Under the pieces are notes generated by a model. It had not been told where the DNA came from. It ran no database searches and saw nothing but the letters and a program-made list of their open reading frames with translations. The position numbers were made by a program, and so were the translations under genes. This document shows, piece after piece, positions 8,285 through 17,810 of a stretch of DNA of 64,000 bases. Source of the stretch: a virus; IMG/VR virus record IMGVR_UViG_3300032242_002717, positions 1 to 64,000 of that record. The stretch is one strand, 5' to 3'. Position 1 is the stretch's first letter, and every line of letters begins with the position of its first letter.

Positions 8285-8800
8285 ATTATTACTTTCGACT
8301 TAGTGATGTCTTGGGGGCCTTGCTACCATTCAGAGAGAATACAAAGAATATTTGGAAACAGGAAGTCGTTCGAGGTCCACGAACTTTTTGATATCGCAAT
8401 CCCCGCACATGATCGTCTTTGGGTTCTCTTGAGAGAAGAATGCGTCGAGCCAAACATACTGCATGAATTTGCTTGCATTGTCGCAGAAATGTCGCTCAAC
8501 GCCTGGAATAATCCAGATCCAAGAGGTTCGCTTGCCTTGGATAGCAAGAAAAAATGGATGGCTGGTGAAATCGACACTGTGAAATTGGTGTCGGATTGCA
8601 GTTCTGTATGGGATTACGCAAGACACTACGGGTCAAACGCAGCGTGGGCGGCAGCGTGGGCGACAGAATTTAACCCTCAGTCCTGTTCTAGGAACGTAAG
8701 CCAATACGGCTTCTCTTATCCGAACACAAGACCACAGGACCAGATAGAGATTTTGCGAAAACTTCTTGATAATCAGAAGCTTGGCATGGCCGATGGTTGA
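8285..8800 (+). CDS. Phage hypothetical protein (Imm5-like/AAWAA family), probable ATT start
   Basis: LHEFAC..AE, DPR, AAWAAAWA; GGAGGAG 6 nt before an in-frame ATT. Confidence 0.55.
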   Translation: MITFDLVMSWGPCYHSERIQRIFGNRKSFEVHELFDIAIPAHDRLWVLLREECVEPNILHEFACIVAEMSLNAWNNPDPRGSLALDSKKKWMAGEIDTVKLVSDCSSVWDYARHYGSNAAWAAAWATEFNPQSCSRNVSQYGFSYPNTRPQDQIEILRKLLDNQKLGMADG

Positions 8801-9240
8801 CATATAATTTGAGGGAATTGTCCATTTTTTGGATTAAATTTTTTTATAGCAAGATAACAGCAAGACAAATGAGAAGCATGGCAATAAATATCTTGATTGA
8901 AATGAACATTATGGTAACATTGAATTAAACCAAAGGGATTGATTTAGACTAGCTGGGAATCTTTATCCCGGAAAGCAATTTCCTGGATTTTTGAAATTCT
9001 CTCAAATTAAATTGAGGTTCAAATGAGACAATTAAAAGCATCAAGGAAAGATCGGACGCAATCTCAGGTTTGCGCAATTGTTTTGCGATGGGTCACAAGA
9101 GAATCTGACAACGAAGCAAGAAGGAAACTTGAGGCAACCGTCCCCGACAACTGCAATCTTATGGAAGATTCATGGGACGGCACTGTGCATGGTATTTACA
9201 ATCATTAACAAAGGCTAGCATCTTAGGAAATTGAAAGCAA

Positions 9241-10002
9241 ATGTCGAGAATTCCTATCAATAGCTACGACAAAGAAAGCGTAGAGTTAATTGTAAAGCAT
9301 AGGTCTGGCGATCCCAATGCATTTAACGACATTTGCGAGTTGCACTCAGGATTGATAGAGACGGTTATCAATTCTGAGATAGGAACGGAGACGCCGAAGT
9401 CTCACCACTGGCGAAAAGATTTAAGACAGGAGATCAGTCTGACTTTGTTTTTAGCTGTAAATCATGGAGGTTACGACCCTTCAGTTGGACCTTTTTCCTC
9501 ATATTTCTTTAAGTCTGCCAAAAGGCGAATCAAAAGATATAAAAACAAGTTTGGAAGCTTGATTAGCACGCCGCAAGATCGGAAAGCCGGTCGCTATAGC
9601 TCACAGGCGGACATGGTTAGAAGGATTGCCGTTTCAGTAGGAAACGCAGACGAACAGGGTGATCAATTTTATTTGACGCCCTACGAAGACACTGGAATTG
9701 CTGATTTAATCGAAAAAGAAGAGCAATCCTTACTAATGCCAATCCTTGACAAATGCTTAGATCTTCTGAATGAAAAACAGAAAGATATATTGATTTCTGT
9801 TTGCAGCGGAGAAAGTTACGCAAGCATTGGAAGGAAATATAAAATGTCAAGGGAAGCGGCTCAGCAAATGTACATGGTAAGCCTTAGAAGCATGCAAATT
9901 CGATTTCAAAGAGAAGGTTATGATTTGAAAGTGCTAGAAAACAGAAAATCTTCTTACAAGAGAGCTAGCCAGCAAATCAAAAGGCGTTCTTTAAGTGCGT
10001 AG
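9241..10002 (+). CDS. sigma70-family sigma factor-like protein 1
   Basis: DLRQE...YDPSVGPFSSY region 2; LNEKQKDIL...SYASIGRKYKMSREAA region 4 HTH. Confidence 0.75.
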   Translation: MSRIPINSYDKESVELIVKHRSGDPNAFNDICELHSGLIETVINSEIGTETPKSHHWRKDLRQEISLTLFLAVNHGGYDPSVGPFSSYFFKSAKRRIKRYKNKFGSLISTPQDRKAGRYSSQADMVRRIAVSVGNADEQGDQFYLTPYEDTGIADLIEKEEQSLLMPILDKCLDLLNEKQKDILISVCSGESYASIGRKYKMSREAAQQMYMVSLRSMQIRFQREGYDLKVLENRKSSYKRASQQIKRRSLSA

Positions 10003-10037
10003 CTTTACATGCAGGTTGTTACTTGCATGTAAAGCTA
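10000..10037. terminator. Hairpin between convergent genes, probable bidirectional terminator
   Basis: TAGCTTTACATGCAGG / CTTGCATGTAAAGCTA stem. Confidence 0.7.
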
Positions 10038-10049
10038 GTGGTAACGCTA

Positions 10050-10340
10050 TTATCCAATAACTCTGACAGAAGTAATCTTGCAGCCTGAATACTGAAATTC
10101 GATTACATGGAAGGCTTCGTCTACGGTGTATGCAGGTATATCAAGATCAAAAACGCGATCCCGATAAATAAAAATCACTTTGTAAAGTCGGAGCTTACTG
10201 ACTTGCGCGAAACTTGTTAGTCTTGGCTCTTCTTGGTGAATGACTATTGCGGGCTTTGCTTCGTACTGCATCTCGGTCTCCAATCGCATTGGGGTCAGCA
10301 ATGTTCTTTCAAGGTAATAACAACACTTTGGTGTTGCCAT
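10050..10340 (-). CDS. Hypothetical protein
   Basis: ORF converging on the hairpin. Confidence 0.5.
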   Translation of the reverse strand: MATPKCCYYLERTLLTPMRLETEMQYEAKPAIVIHQEEPRLTSFAQVSKLRLYKVIFIYRDRVFDLDIPAYTVDEAFHVIEFQYSGCKITSVRVIG

Positions 10341-10458
10341 TCCATTGCCATTGTATTGCCAGTTAGTGAATGGTCAACAGGTCTTACATTTCCAGCAGTA
10401 CGCCATTCATAAGTTTTGGCAATAAGCCAAAAAAAGCCTTAGATAGTTGCAAATTTCC

Positions 10459-10701
10459 TTATTTCATCTTTGATCCATCGGGCCAAACAAAATTGGGTAT
10501 TGGCATCCAGGCTACGAACTCCTTATAGTACTCAAGAGAATTCCATCCTCTTCTGGAGAATTCGGTTCCTCCCCAGAACCAAATATAAGTGGTGACGCAC
10601 AACGACAAATCGTTGAACTTCACAATTGCTATAACCTCAACCATCTGGCCTGGCTCGCAGTCCGGCTCTTCGCTTGGCCTTCTCCAGCAATTGTCGCTCA
10701 T
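10459..10701 (-). CDS. DUF551-like small protein
   Basis: GAGG RBS; WRRPSEEP...VAWMPIP. Confidence 0.6.
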   Translation of the reverse strand: MSDNCWRRPSEEPDCEPGQMVEVIAIVKFNDLSLCVTTYIWFWGGTEFSRRGWNSLEYYKEFVAWMPIPNFVWPDGSKMK

Positions 10702-10908
10702 TGGCTATCCTCTATCCAAGAGATGATTGTGCCTAAAATAAGGACAATCAATATAAAAAAGACTACAACCGAAATAGAAAAAATCGCACCAGATATTACC
10801 TGCATTCAAGGCCACCAGTCTGCTAAAGTTCGATTGCTTGCGAATTGGCTTTGCCTTATAATTATAGGAACAAAAGACGTTTTCAGCACGCATTTAAGAA
10901 GGAATAAA

Positions 10909-11319
10909 ATGATTGTCTATGAGCTTTCTCTTCCTTTTCAGTTTTTCATTGAACGAGACAATAAAGGAACTCAATGCTTTCCGACTTACGTCCTTTATTA
11001 CCCAACACTCACAGAAGCCTACTCGGCGGCAAAAGGGCTAGCTAAGTCACATGGGCACGACTCAAAGCCCGATGAAGACGGTTTTTTTACATTCGTCATC
11101 TCAAAGATTGTCACCAAAGACATCTCAAAGACCGTGCTGTGCGCCTTAATGACTGAGGCCGTTTCAGGTTTCGCAACCTCTGGTTTTGGAGTGTCTCAAG
11201 TTTTCTCAAAAGAAATAATCGATAAGGTGTGTGTAAAATCTTCTGATTTTACCGGAAATACAAAGGTGTTTGATTTTAATGAAGAGCAGCCTCAAGAAGA
11301 AGTTTCATCTTCCGGGTGA
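10909..11319 (+). CDS. Hypothetical protein (start MIVYEL)
   Basis: AAGGA RBS before ATG 10909. Confidence 0.55.
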   Translation: MIVYELSLPFQFFIERDNKGTQCFPTYVLYYPTLTEAYSAAKGLAKSHGHDSKPDEDGFFTFVISKIVTKDISKTVLCALMTEAVSGFATSGFGVSQVFSKEIIDKVCVKSSDFTGNTKVFDFNEEQPQEEVSSSG

Positions 11320-11400
11320 TGGTTCATGTCATTGGCTTTTGCGTTTGAATGGAATCGCATTTTAGATTACCAAGCTTGAGTTCCCGAACAATGAAGAGAA

Positions 11401-11718
11401 GTGGCAATGACCGAGCGTGTTGAAACTCTCGTATCTTCAAAAGATTACATAAAACTTGAAAACGAGAACATCAAGCTTAAGGATGAGATCCTCGCACTTC
11501 GCCAACGTGCTAAGTATGTGGAGGCTGCAATAGACTCGTACGCTCGCTCATGCGGGTGGAACAACCACTGTGAATACTGGGTCGGTTCCAACGGCTTTAT
11601 AAAAGTTCAAATTAGGCTAAACACTTTTTATGTGTTTCAGCCAGAGATTGGGCAAGCCGTAATTGCGATTAGGTCTGGAAAATCTGTTGAAAATCAGGGG
11701 CCAAGTGATGTCCAGTAA
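11401..11718 (+). CDS. Modular hypothetical protein, paralog of 6623-6919
   Basis: LRQRA linker plus shared C-terminal module. Confidence 0.7.
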   Translation: MAMTERVETLVSSKDYIKLENENIKLKDEILALRQRAKYVEAAIDSYARSCGWNNHCEYWVGSNGFIKVQIRLNTFYVFQPEIGQAVIAIRSGKSVENQGPSDVQ

Positions 11719-12034
11719 TAAATACTGCTTGAAATGTCGTAGTCGGCATTTTTTTCCGTCCATCGGTCCTGCTGTTTGCGGTATGACAGATGAGGTTTCT
11801 CCAGCAATATCCAGGTTAGAGTCCGATTTGTTGGACTCGCTAACGAAAATCAAGCGTCTCGAACTTGAAAACAAAGCACTCAACCAGCGTTTGGAGCGTT
11901 ACGAATCAGCATTATGGTCCGTTTCCGTTTCCGTGAGCATGTTGGGCCAACTGAAGGACACTGATAGCGTGTGGTATAAGGTTTTGCAGACATTAAATTC
12001 AAACGTCGTCGATGCGGAAGAGGTTCAGGCATGA
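11708..12034 (+). CDS. Modular hypothetical protein
   Basis: CLKC N-terminus, ALNQRLER linker, DAEE end. Confidence 0.55.
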   Translation: MSSNKYCLKCRSRHFFPSIGPAVCGMTDEVSPAISRLESDLLDSLTKIKRLELENKALNQRLERYESALWSVSVSVSMLGQLKDTDSVWYKVLQTLNSNVVDAEEVQA

Positions 12035-12342
12035 GCATGGAAACGCTTAGTAAGCTTTGTAAGCTTTATCTTGAATTGTCAAAAGTTGTCTCGCCGACAA
12101 CCGAAAAAGAAATTGTGTTAAGCGCGGAAATTAACGTGCTTCGTCATCAGGTGTTGGAGTTGCAAATTCAAAACCGTAAACTGAGGGACGCATGGCCCGC
12201 AGACGATTTTCGAAAAAATGCCATTTGCAAAACAATTGCGGGCAGGTTCTTTTCATGGAACGATGGTTGCAAGTTGTATGATACGCGAGATGAAGCTATT
12301 GATGCGGCGGCAGGCATTTCTTGTGACAAAGAGGATGAATAA
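12031..12342 (+). CDS. Modular hypothetical protein (RKLRDAWP module)
   Basis: Paralogy to 5235-5780. Confidence 0.65.
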   Translation: MSMETLSKLCKLYLELSKVVSPTTEKEIVLSAEINVLRHQVLELQIQNRKLRDAWPADDFRKNAICKTIAGRFFSWNDGCKLYDTRDEAIDAAAGISCDKEDE

Positions 12343-12348
12343 CGTCAA

Positions 12349-13167
12349 ATGAAAGACAAAATCAAGGTAGTCACTGAGCCTCAAGTTTTTTTGATTGGAG
12401 ACCAGTCGATTGACCATGTAGAGTTAGACAGGTTTTTCGAGGGTGTAATGGCCGGGGAGATGTTCCCGCTAACAGGAATGAGTGAAAGCGAGGTTATCGT
12501 TGAGTTAGCAGGACGACTTTGCTATATGTCGTTCAAGAAACCCAGACCTGGAGGAAACAAGGCATACCTGAAACACATCCTTGAAGTCGGCCATGGATCA
12601 GTTCTTGAACATGCTGTCTATAGCATGATAATCACTGGAGTAAGCAGATCTCTTACTCACGAATTCATCCGACATCGAGCAGGATTTGGCTATTCTGAGC
12701 TTTCGCAACGCTATGTAAACATGGAAGACGTTTCGTTCGTAGTTCCACCGGCTTTGTTTCCTGCTTTCGGCTCTTTTCCATTGAGCGAACAAAAGTCAAT
12801 GGACAATTTTAGGAAAGCCAGAAAAGATTGGGAAAAGTCTTGCATTGAATCGCTAAACGCCTACTCTTCTATTGTGAATCTGTTGACATCGTCGTCGAAC
12901 GATGATGCCTCCACCATGAAAAACAAGCGTATTAGAGAAGCAGCAAGATCAGTATTGCCAAACTGCACTGAAACCAAAATTTTTGTTACGGGGAACGCAC
13001 GAGCGTGGAGGCATTTTATTGAGCTTCGCGCAGACGTTAATGCAGACGTAGAAATCCAAAGATTGGCAATTTTGATTTGCAGGACTCTTGCAGAACATAG
13101 CCCTCACATGTTTGAAGACATTGAGATTGAAAAAGATGGCGTAAAAAGCATAAACAAGAAAGTGTAA
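12349..13167 (+). CDS. thyX: FAD-dependent thymidylate synthase
   Basis: GHGSVLEH; RHR-x8-SQRY signature (RHRAGFGYSELSQRY); EAARSVLP; NARAWRHFIELR. Confidence 0.95.
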   Translation: MKDKIKVVTEPQVFLIGDQSIDHVELDRFFEGVMAGEMFPLTGMSESEVIVELAGRLCYMSFKKPRPGGNKAYLKHILEVGHGSVLEHAVYSMIITGVSRSLTHEFIRHRAGFGYSELSQRYVNMEDVSFVVPPALFPAFGSFPLSEQKSMDNFRKARKDWEKSCIESLNAYSSIVNLLTSSSNDDASTMKNKRIREAARSVLPNCTETKIFVTGNARAWRHFIELRADVNADVEIQRLAILICRTLAEHSPHMFEDIEIEKDGVKSINKKV

Positions 13168-13169
13168 AA

Positions 13170-13862
13170 ATGTCAAAAGTCAGTTTGACTAGAGATGAAA
13201 TAATCAAACTTATCGATTTACATAAAAACAATGACAAATCTGCAATTCAAGAAATTGTCGATTGCAACATGGGTTTAATTAGAAAGATAGCATCAAATTA
13301 CGCTTGTCTTTTTAAAATTCTGCCAAGAGATCAGTTCTACGATGACCTTCTTCAAGAGGGGGTAATCGGCGTGATTGAGGCGGCTGAAAGATTTGACTCA
13401 GGCAAAGGCACAACATTTTCTACCTACGCATACAAGCTAATAAGAGGTCGAATTGCGAGTCACTGCATGCAAACTTGCGGACAAATGTCTTTGCCTTTTA
13501 CGACGATAAAGAAAGCTGTGCAATCTCATCATGGAAAAGCAGTCGTGGACAACATGAGGTCAAGCGTTCGCATATTTCCTGGAACTGAACTTGGAATATG
13601 TTTTGAAGAAAGCATGGCACTTGAAGAAAAAGACGAGCTAAATTGGATGGAAAATAAGGTTTCTCAAGTGGTTGGCAATATGAGTAGAAGAGATAGGGAG
13701 GTCATGTCGATGAGACTTGGACTCAATGGAAATCAATCCATGAGTCCACTGGAAATCAGCAGGAAAACAGGGGTTAATTATGGTCTTTCGAAAATGATTG
13801 TTAGTAAAGAGTTGAGACGAATGAAAATGCTTTTCAAGGGATGCGTGCAATCATGGACATAG
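13170..13862 (+). CDS. sigma70-family sigma factor 2
   Basis: NMGLIRKIA, DLLQEGVIGVIEAAERFDSGKGTTFSTYA; region 4 HTH. Confidence 0.88.
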   Translation: MSKVSLTRDEIIKLIDLHKNNDKSAIQEIVDCNMGLIRKIASNYACLFKILPRDQFYDDLLQEGVIGVIEAAERFDSGKGTTFSTYAYKLIRGRIASHCMQTCGQMSLPFTTIKKAVQSHHGKAVVDNMRSSVRIFPGTELGICFEESMALEEKDELNWMENKVSQVVGNMSRRDREVMSMRLGLNGNQSMSPLEISRKTGVNYGLSKMIVSKELRRMKMLFKGCVQSWT

Positions 13863-14492
13863 AGAAAGCAATAGAAAACCTAAAGAATCTTGGCTTCGCC
13901 ATGTCAGCAAGTGGCGACAAAGAGTATGCAGATTCCGTCTTCGCCGTATTGAGAGAACTTTACAATTTGAGGACGGCCCTTGTCATAAACAGGAATTCGA
14001 AAGAAATAGCTGAGCTTAATTGATCTCTTGATGCAAAGGGCAAAAAACCGATGGAAAAACACAGGTCCGCTTACGTCATGAAATTAAATGGCAATCCTTT
14101 AATTTCAAAAGCAAGGAATTCCATTGAGAAATGTTGGGAACATCATTTGGAAGTGCTTGGAGTAAGCATGGAAATCGCCAAAGCGAGAGGGTGGCAGGCA
14201 GCAAAGATGTCTTGGTATCTAGATGAAAGCGAGCCAGTCAATTAAGCTTAAAATACAAAAGCCGAAGTCTGAAATTTTGCGAAATATTGACGATTGCTGC
14301 TTGGACTTTTTGATCAAAGTCGAATCTATTGACCATCCATTAAAACCAAGCGTGGACGCAATAAAAGGATTGCTTTGGAGCCATCTCAGGATGAAGCTTT
14401 TCATAGAAAGGATTTATTGCGACGGATTTCTTTATGGGGACAACGCAGAAAGAGCCAAGAAAATACTGTCTGACCTTGGAGAAAAAGTCTAG
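13841..14492 (+). CDS. Three small hypothetical ORFs (13841-14023, 14051-14245, 14223-14492)
   Basis: Consecutive same-strand ORFs. Confidence 0.5.
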
Positions 14493-14506
14493 CATTATAA
14501 AGCTTC

Positions 14507-15103
14507 ATGCTGATAATATTGCAATATCTCTGTTTTGTTGCTATCATTATGATAGCAACTAATCGGAGAAGTCGCATGAGTTCAGTTTCTGCTATTTCAT
14601 TGTTTTCTGGGCCAATACGGAAAGCATTTGAAAAGAAAATGGCAAGAAAAGATGCTGTCTTGCCTCCTGTTAAATATAAGCAAGGCGTTTTTAAATGGTT
14701 TGAACAAGACCCTATCATAGAAATCAACGAAAATTTTAACAATAGTCAAACAATTGTTAAACATTCGTTGGACACACAAGAAAAATCAGAGATATTGGCT
14801 CCATGGGAAGGCGAAAACCTTTTTGCCTGCAAGGATTACGTTGCAAGCATTATTCAGCCAGAGACTTGTGGACAGGATGATTTCATAAATAAAACCAAAA
14901 GAACATCACGTCGAAAATGGTCTATGCAAAGGCCGGACTGTGTAGGTTGGTGGAGGCGTAGGGATGTTGGAAGGAAAGGGTGGGGGCTGCTGGCCAAGAT
15001 GGAAATGCATAACGGAAAACTTGCCTGGATGAAATACAATACCTTGGTTTCGTATGTTGATGAAATCGAGGAAGGTAAGTTTTTTTGGCTTCCGTGGAAA
15101 TAA
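14507..15103 (+). CDS. Hypothetical protein with N-terminal TM
   Basis: ORF with hydrophobic N-terminus. Confidence 0.55.
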   Translation: MLIILQYLCFVAIIMIATNRRSRMSSVSAISLFSGPIRKAFEKKMARKDAVLPPVKYKQGVFKWFEQDPIIEINENFNNSQTIVKHSLDTQEKSEILAPWEGENLFACKDYVASIIQPETCGQDDFINKTKRTSRRKWSMQRPDCVGWWRRRDVGRKGWGLLAKMEMHNGKLAWMKYNTLVSYVDEIEEGKFFWLPWK

Positions 15104-15117
15104 ATTCCTTTGTGTTG

Positions 15118-15146
15118 TTGCCTTGTTATGGTTTTGTTGCTACTAT
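15118..15146 (+). promoter_or_regulatory. sigma70-type promoter upstream of the non-coding region
   Basis: TTGCCT-17 nt-TACTAT with extended -10 TG. Confidence 0.7.
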
Positions 15147-15152
15147 GTTGTT

Positions 15153-15700
15153 GGTAGGCTCGATTGGCCTACTTGCGTATTTTCGATTTTCGATTCAAGC
15201 GGTCGCCATACGCCACGAAAAATAGACTAATAAATCTGCCAGCGAGCTATCACAAGGGCTTTTAAGGCAGAAAAGGTCTCCAATTGGAGACCTTTGGTTT
15301 TCACGATGTTCTTTTCCCTGTGGCAAAACGACCAATGCTTGAAACCTGACACCTCCCTGATAAGAGGTGGAGCTAGGGGTGAGGCGAAAGCCAAAAGACT
15401 CAACCGGCGATTCTAGCCAAACCCGGTCCCCCGAACGATCCGCATGCCATTCGTGATCACAAAAAAATTCCAGGCAATGTCCTCAATCTGACAACCTGGG
15501 GGTCATGACCTACGCAAGTAGGTTCGCAAAACTTACTGGCCAGAAGGGCCAGGGTGGCAACAGGACGAGTTTGCAGGTCTGAGACTATCGGTGACGTTAC
15601 GGCAATCGCTAGTGATGTTTGTTCTTCAGTGTTGTACGGGTCTATGTCCAGGAAACTCAGGGTAATAGTTTTCTGTTCGTAGGAAGTACAGTCAGGCAAA
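15153..15700 (+). ncRNA. Putative large structured non-coding RNA, family not recognised
   Basis: No plus-strand ORF of 60 aa or more; nested helices, GAAA and GCAA tetraloops, long-range pairing CCTGAC/GTCAGG; dedicated promoter. Confidence 0.65.
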
Positions 15701-15856
15701 AAGTAAAAATACTTTTAGTCAGACAGACAAGGAAGAGACGCAGGCAGCACTAGATATAACATGACCCATAAAGATATGCTATGCGCTGAGCTAATTGTGC
15801 TTTTTTGAGTTGTTTTATGGTCTCCGCGCGGAGACGTTTTCTGTCAGGAGACGCCT

Positions 15857-16489
15857 GTGAAAATCATGTTCAACGGAACCTCTGGTGGAGTTGTTGAGTT
15901 TGTTGTTCAGTTGGATGAAGGGCTTATCGATTCTCATGGATCAAGCTGCGGATACGTCGAATCCTTTTGGAGATGCCTTGATTCTTATCTTCAACTGACG
16001 CGAGTTGCTTCCGGGTACGGAGAAACACCGGATGCAATCAAATCTTGGCTACTCGAAAAGATCTGCGTGATGAAAACTAGGCACGAAGGCCGAATGGCTT
16101 ACAACGACGCCTGTATTGACCTTGAGTCAATGATTAAGTCTGAGTGGGACGAAACTGCCAGGCGAATCCAAAACGGCTCTGTGCCTTCCCTGGGGCTTCC
16201 TGGAGGCCCGCGAGTGCTTGAGCCTAAAGATGACGTTCCGTTGACTCATGGCGACATCGCAGCAGAAACTAAAGCCACAGACCTTCAAAGTCTTAATGAC
16301 AACCCATTAGAGGGACTGTTGCTTATTGCCGATGGTTTGGAAGCCGCATTGAGTCACAGGCTAGCAGAAAAGATCAGGTCTTGCGTGTTAAGCATTCAAA
16401 AAACCGACAAGTCGCAAGGATTACAAAAGTTAAATCCTATCGATCACGATCACGAAGCGACAGTTGTTGTCAATCAAGCTTCAAGTTAA
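15857..16489 (+). CDS. Hypothetical protein
   Basis: AGGAG RBS, GTG start; palindrome copy at 15820-15835 in its leader. Confidence 0.65.
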   Translation: MKIMFNGTSGGVVEFVVQLDEGLIDSHGSSCGYVESFWRCLDSYLQLTRVASGYGETPDAIKSWLLEKICVMKTRHEGRMAYNDACIDLESMIKSEWDETARRIQNGSVPSLGLPGGPRVLEPKDDVPLTHGDIAAETKATDLQSLNDNPLEGLLLIADGLEAALSHRLAEKIRSCVLSIQKTDKSQGLQKLNPIDHDHEATVVVNQASS

Positions 16490-16743
16490 TAGTTCCGCGC
16501 AATCTCTGTGTTTTTTTAAGTCGTTTGATTGAAAGAATTTACAGACATTATTTTTTGTTTGCGCGAAAAAAGTGCCAGTCCATTAGATAGAGTCATTTCT
16601 GTTTAATGCGAAACAAAAATGTCCAAGCTTTTGTTGAGGGGGCCTGGAAGGCGGAGAAGGGGTGACGACCTCATAATCTGGATCGTTCAATTCCATCTTC
16701 CCTCGTTTGCGATGACGCAAGTAACTGACTGGCCTGTTAATAA

Positions 16744-17256
16744 TTGGCAATATTGAGCGAGGGTCACATGTATTCTGGACTTGATATTCCTGTCGCGCAT
16801 CACGGTACTGGAAACTTTGGGTACGCGCTCTATGCCTCGACAGCAACTTCGCAGTTGCTGGCATCGTTTCTTCCTCAGACCCTTGGTGAGACCATCACCG
16901 TAGTAAATCTTGGGTTGATTAGCGTTGGTACAACGTACCTTGCCTTTCGTCAAAAGAAAGCCGAGCAGGACCGTCAAGAACGAGTTCGAGACGAGCAGGC
17001 AGAGCGTCAGATTGTTTCTGACAGAATGATTGCGTTACATGACAAACTTGATGAGGCAAATTCCGCAACCGCAAGCTCCAGAATGCAGGCAGAAAAAGAG
17101 CGAGAAGATCTTAAGCAGCAGATACTTATGCTTTCCGAGTCGATTAAATTGAAAGAAGCACAAATGGCTGAGGTGCTTGAAAGAGTTGGGAAGCCGGAAA
17201 ATTGCCCACATTCACCTGAAATCAAATGCATTAAAATTCCAGGAGTTGCGAAGTGA
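16744..17256 (+). CDS. Membrane/coiled-coil protein, possibly holin-like
   Basis: Hydrophobic segment followed by long coiled coil. Confidence 0.45.
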   Translation: MAILSEGHMYSGLDIPVAHHGTGNFGYALYASTATSQLLASFLPQTLGETITVVNLGLISVGTTYLAFRQKKAEQDRQERVRDEQAERQIVSDRMIALHDKLDEANSATASSRMQAEKEREDLKQQILMLSESIKLKEAQMAEVLERVGKPENCPHSPEIKCIKIPGVAK

Positions 17257-17798
17257 AAGCCAACAAAGAAGTCATCGAAGTTTTGCAGTCCAGCTTTCAA
17301 TACCACTTATTGGCTATTGAGACATACATGGGACAGGCCGGGCATTTTGCCAGGTGGGGATACCCTGTTCTTGCTGAAAGGGCCAGGTGCGCCCTTAAGC
17401 ATAAAAAGCATCAACTTTGGCTTTTGATGGAACGTCTCGAATTTTTCAATGTGGCTCCAGAGTATGAACACGATTCTCCAGAGTGGCCAAGGCAGGACTA
17501 TGTCGGGATTCTTAAGGCCAATCTTGAGATGGAAGAAGAATGCGTAAAGATGGATCAGGCCGCTATCGAAGTTTGCCGTGGCACAGATTCCGTCACTTCT
17601 TACCTGTTTATGAATCAAATCGTGGCTGGCGAAAAAGAAATTGAAGAGATCACTTCCATTCAGAAAATCATTGATTCTGTTGGAATTAGCGAATATCTAA
17701 GCGAGATGGCTTGGAAGAGCGGCGACTGGAAGATGAGGCATCACGGAAAGCATCACGACAGTTTATACGAAAAAAACAATCACAGCCTCAATAAATAG
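17253..17798 (+). CDS. Bacterioferritin homologue with degenerate ferroxidase centre
   Basis: Ungapped match to the Bfr N-terminus (MK..KEVI..L, AI..Y, WG, ER..F) and C-terminal G...YL motif. Confidence 0.75.
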   Translation: MKANKEVIEVLQSSFQYHLLAIETYMGQAGHFARWGYPVLAERARCALKHKKHQLWLLMERLEFFNVAPEYEHDSPEWPRQDYVGILKANLEMEEECVKMDQAAIEVCRGTDSVTSYLFMNQIVAGEKEIEEITSIQKIIDSVGISEYLSEMAWKSGDWKMRHHGKHHDSLYEKNNHSLNK

Positions 17799-17810
17799 GG
17801 GTGCGAAGGA

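Noticed and set aside
15457-15699. 80-aa minus-strand ORF
   Set aside because: TTG start, no RBS, antisense to the structured element
15153-15720. tRNA, tmRNA, RNase P or group I intron identity for the structured region
   Set aside because: No cloverleaf/CCA end or RNase P signature; a GAGACTA resembles group I P7 but the other core elements and interrupted exons were not found
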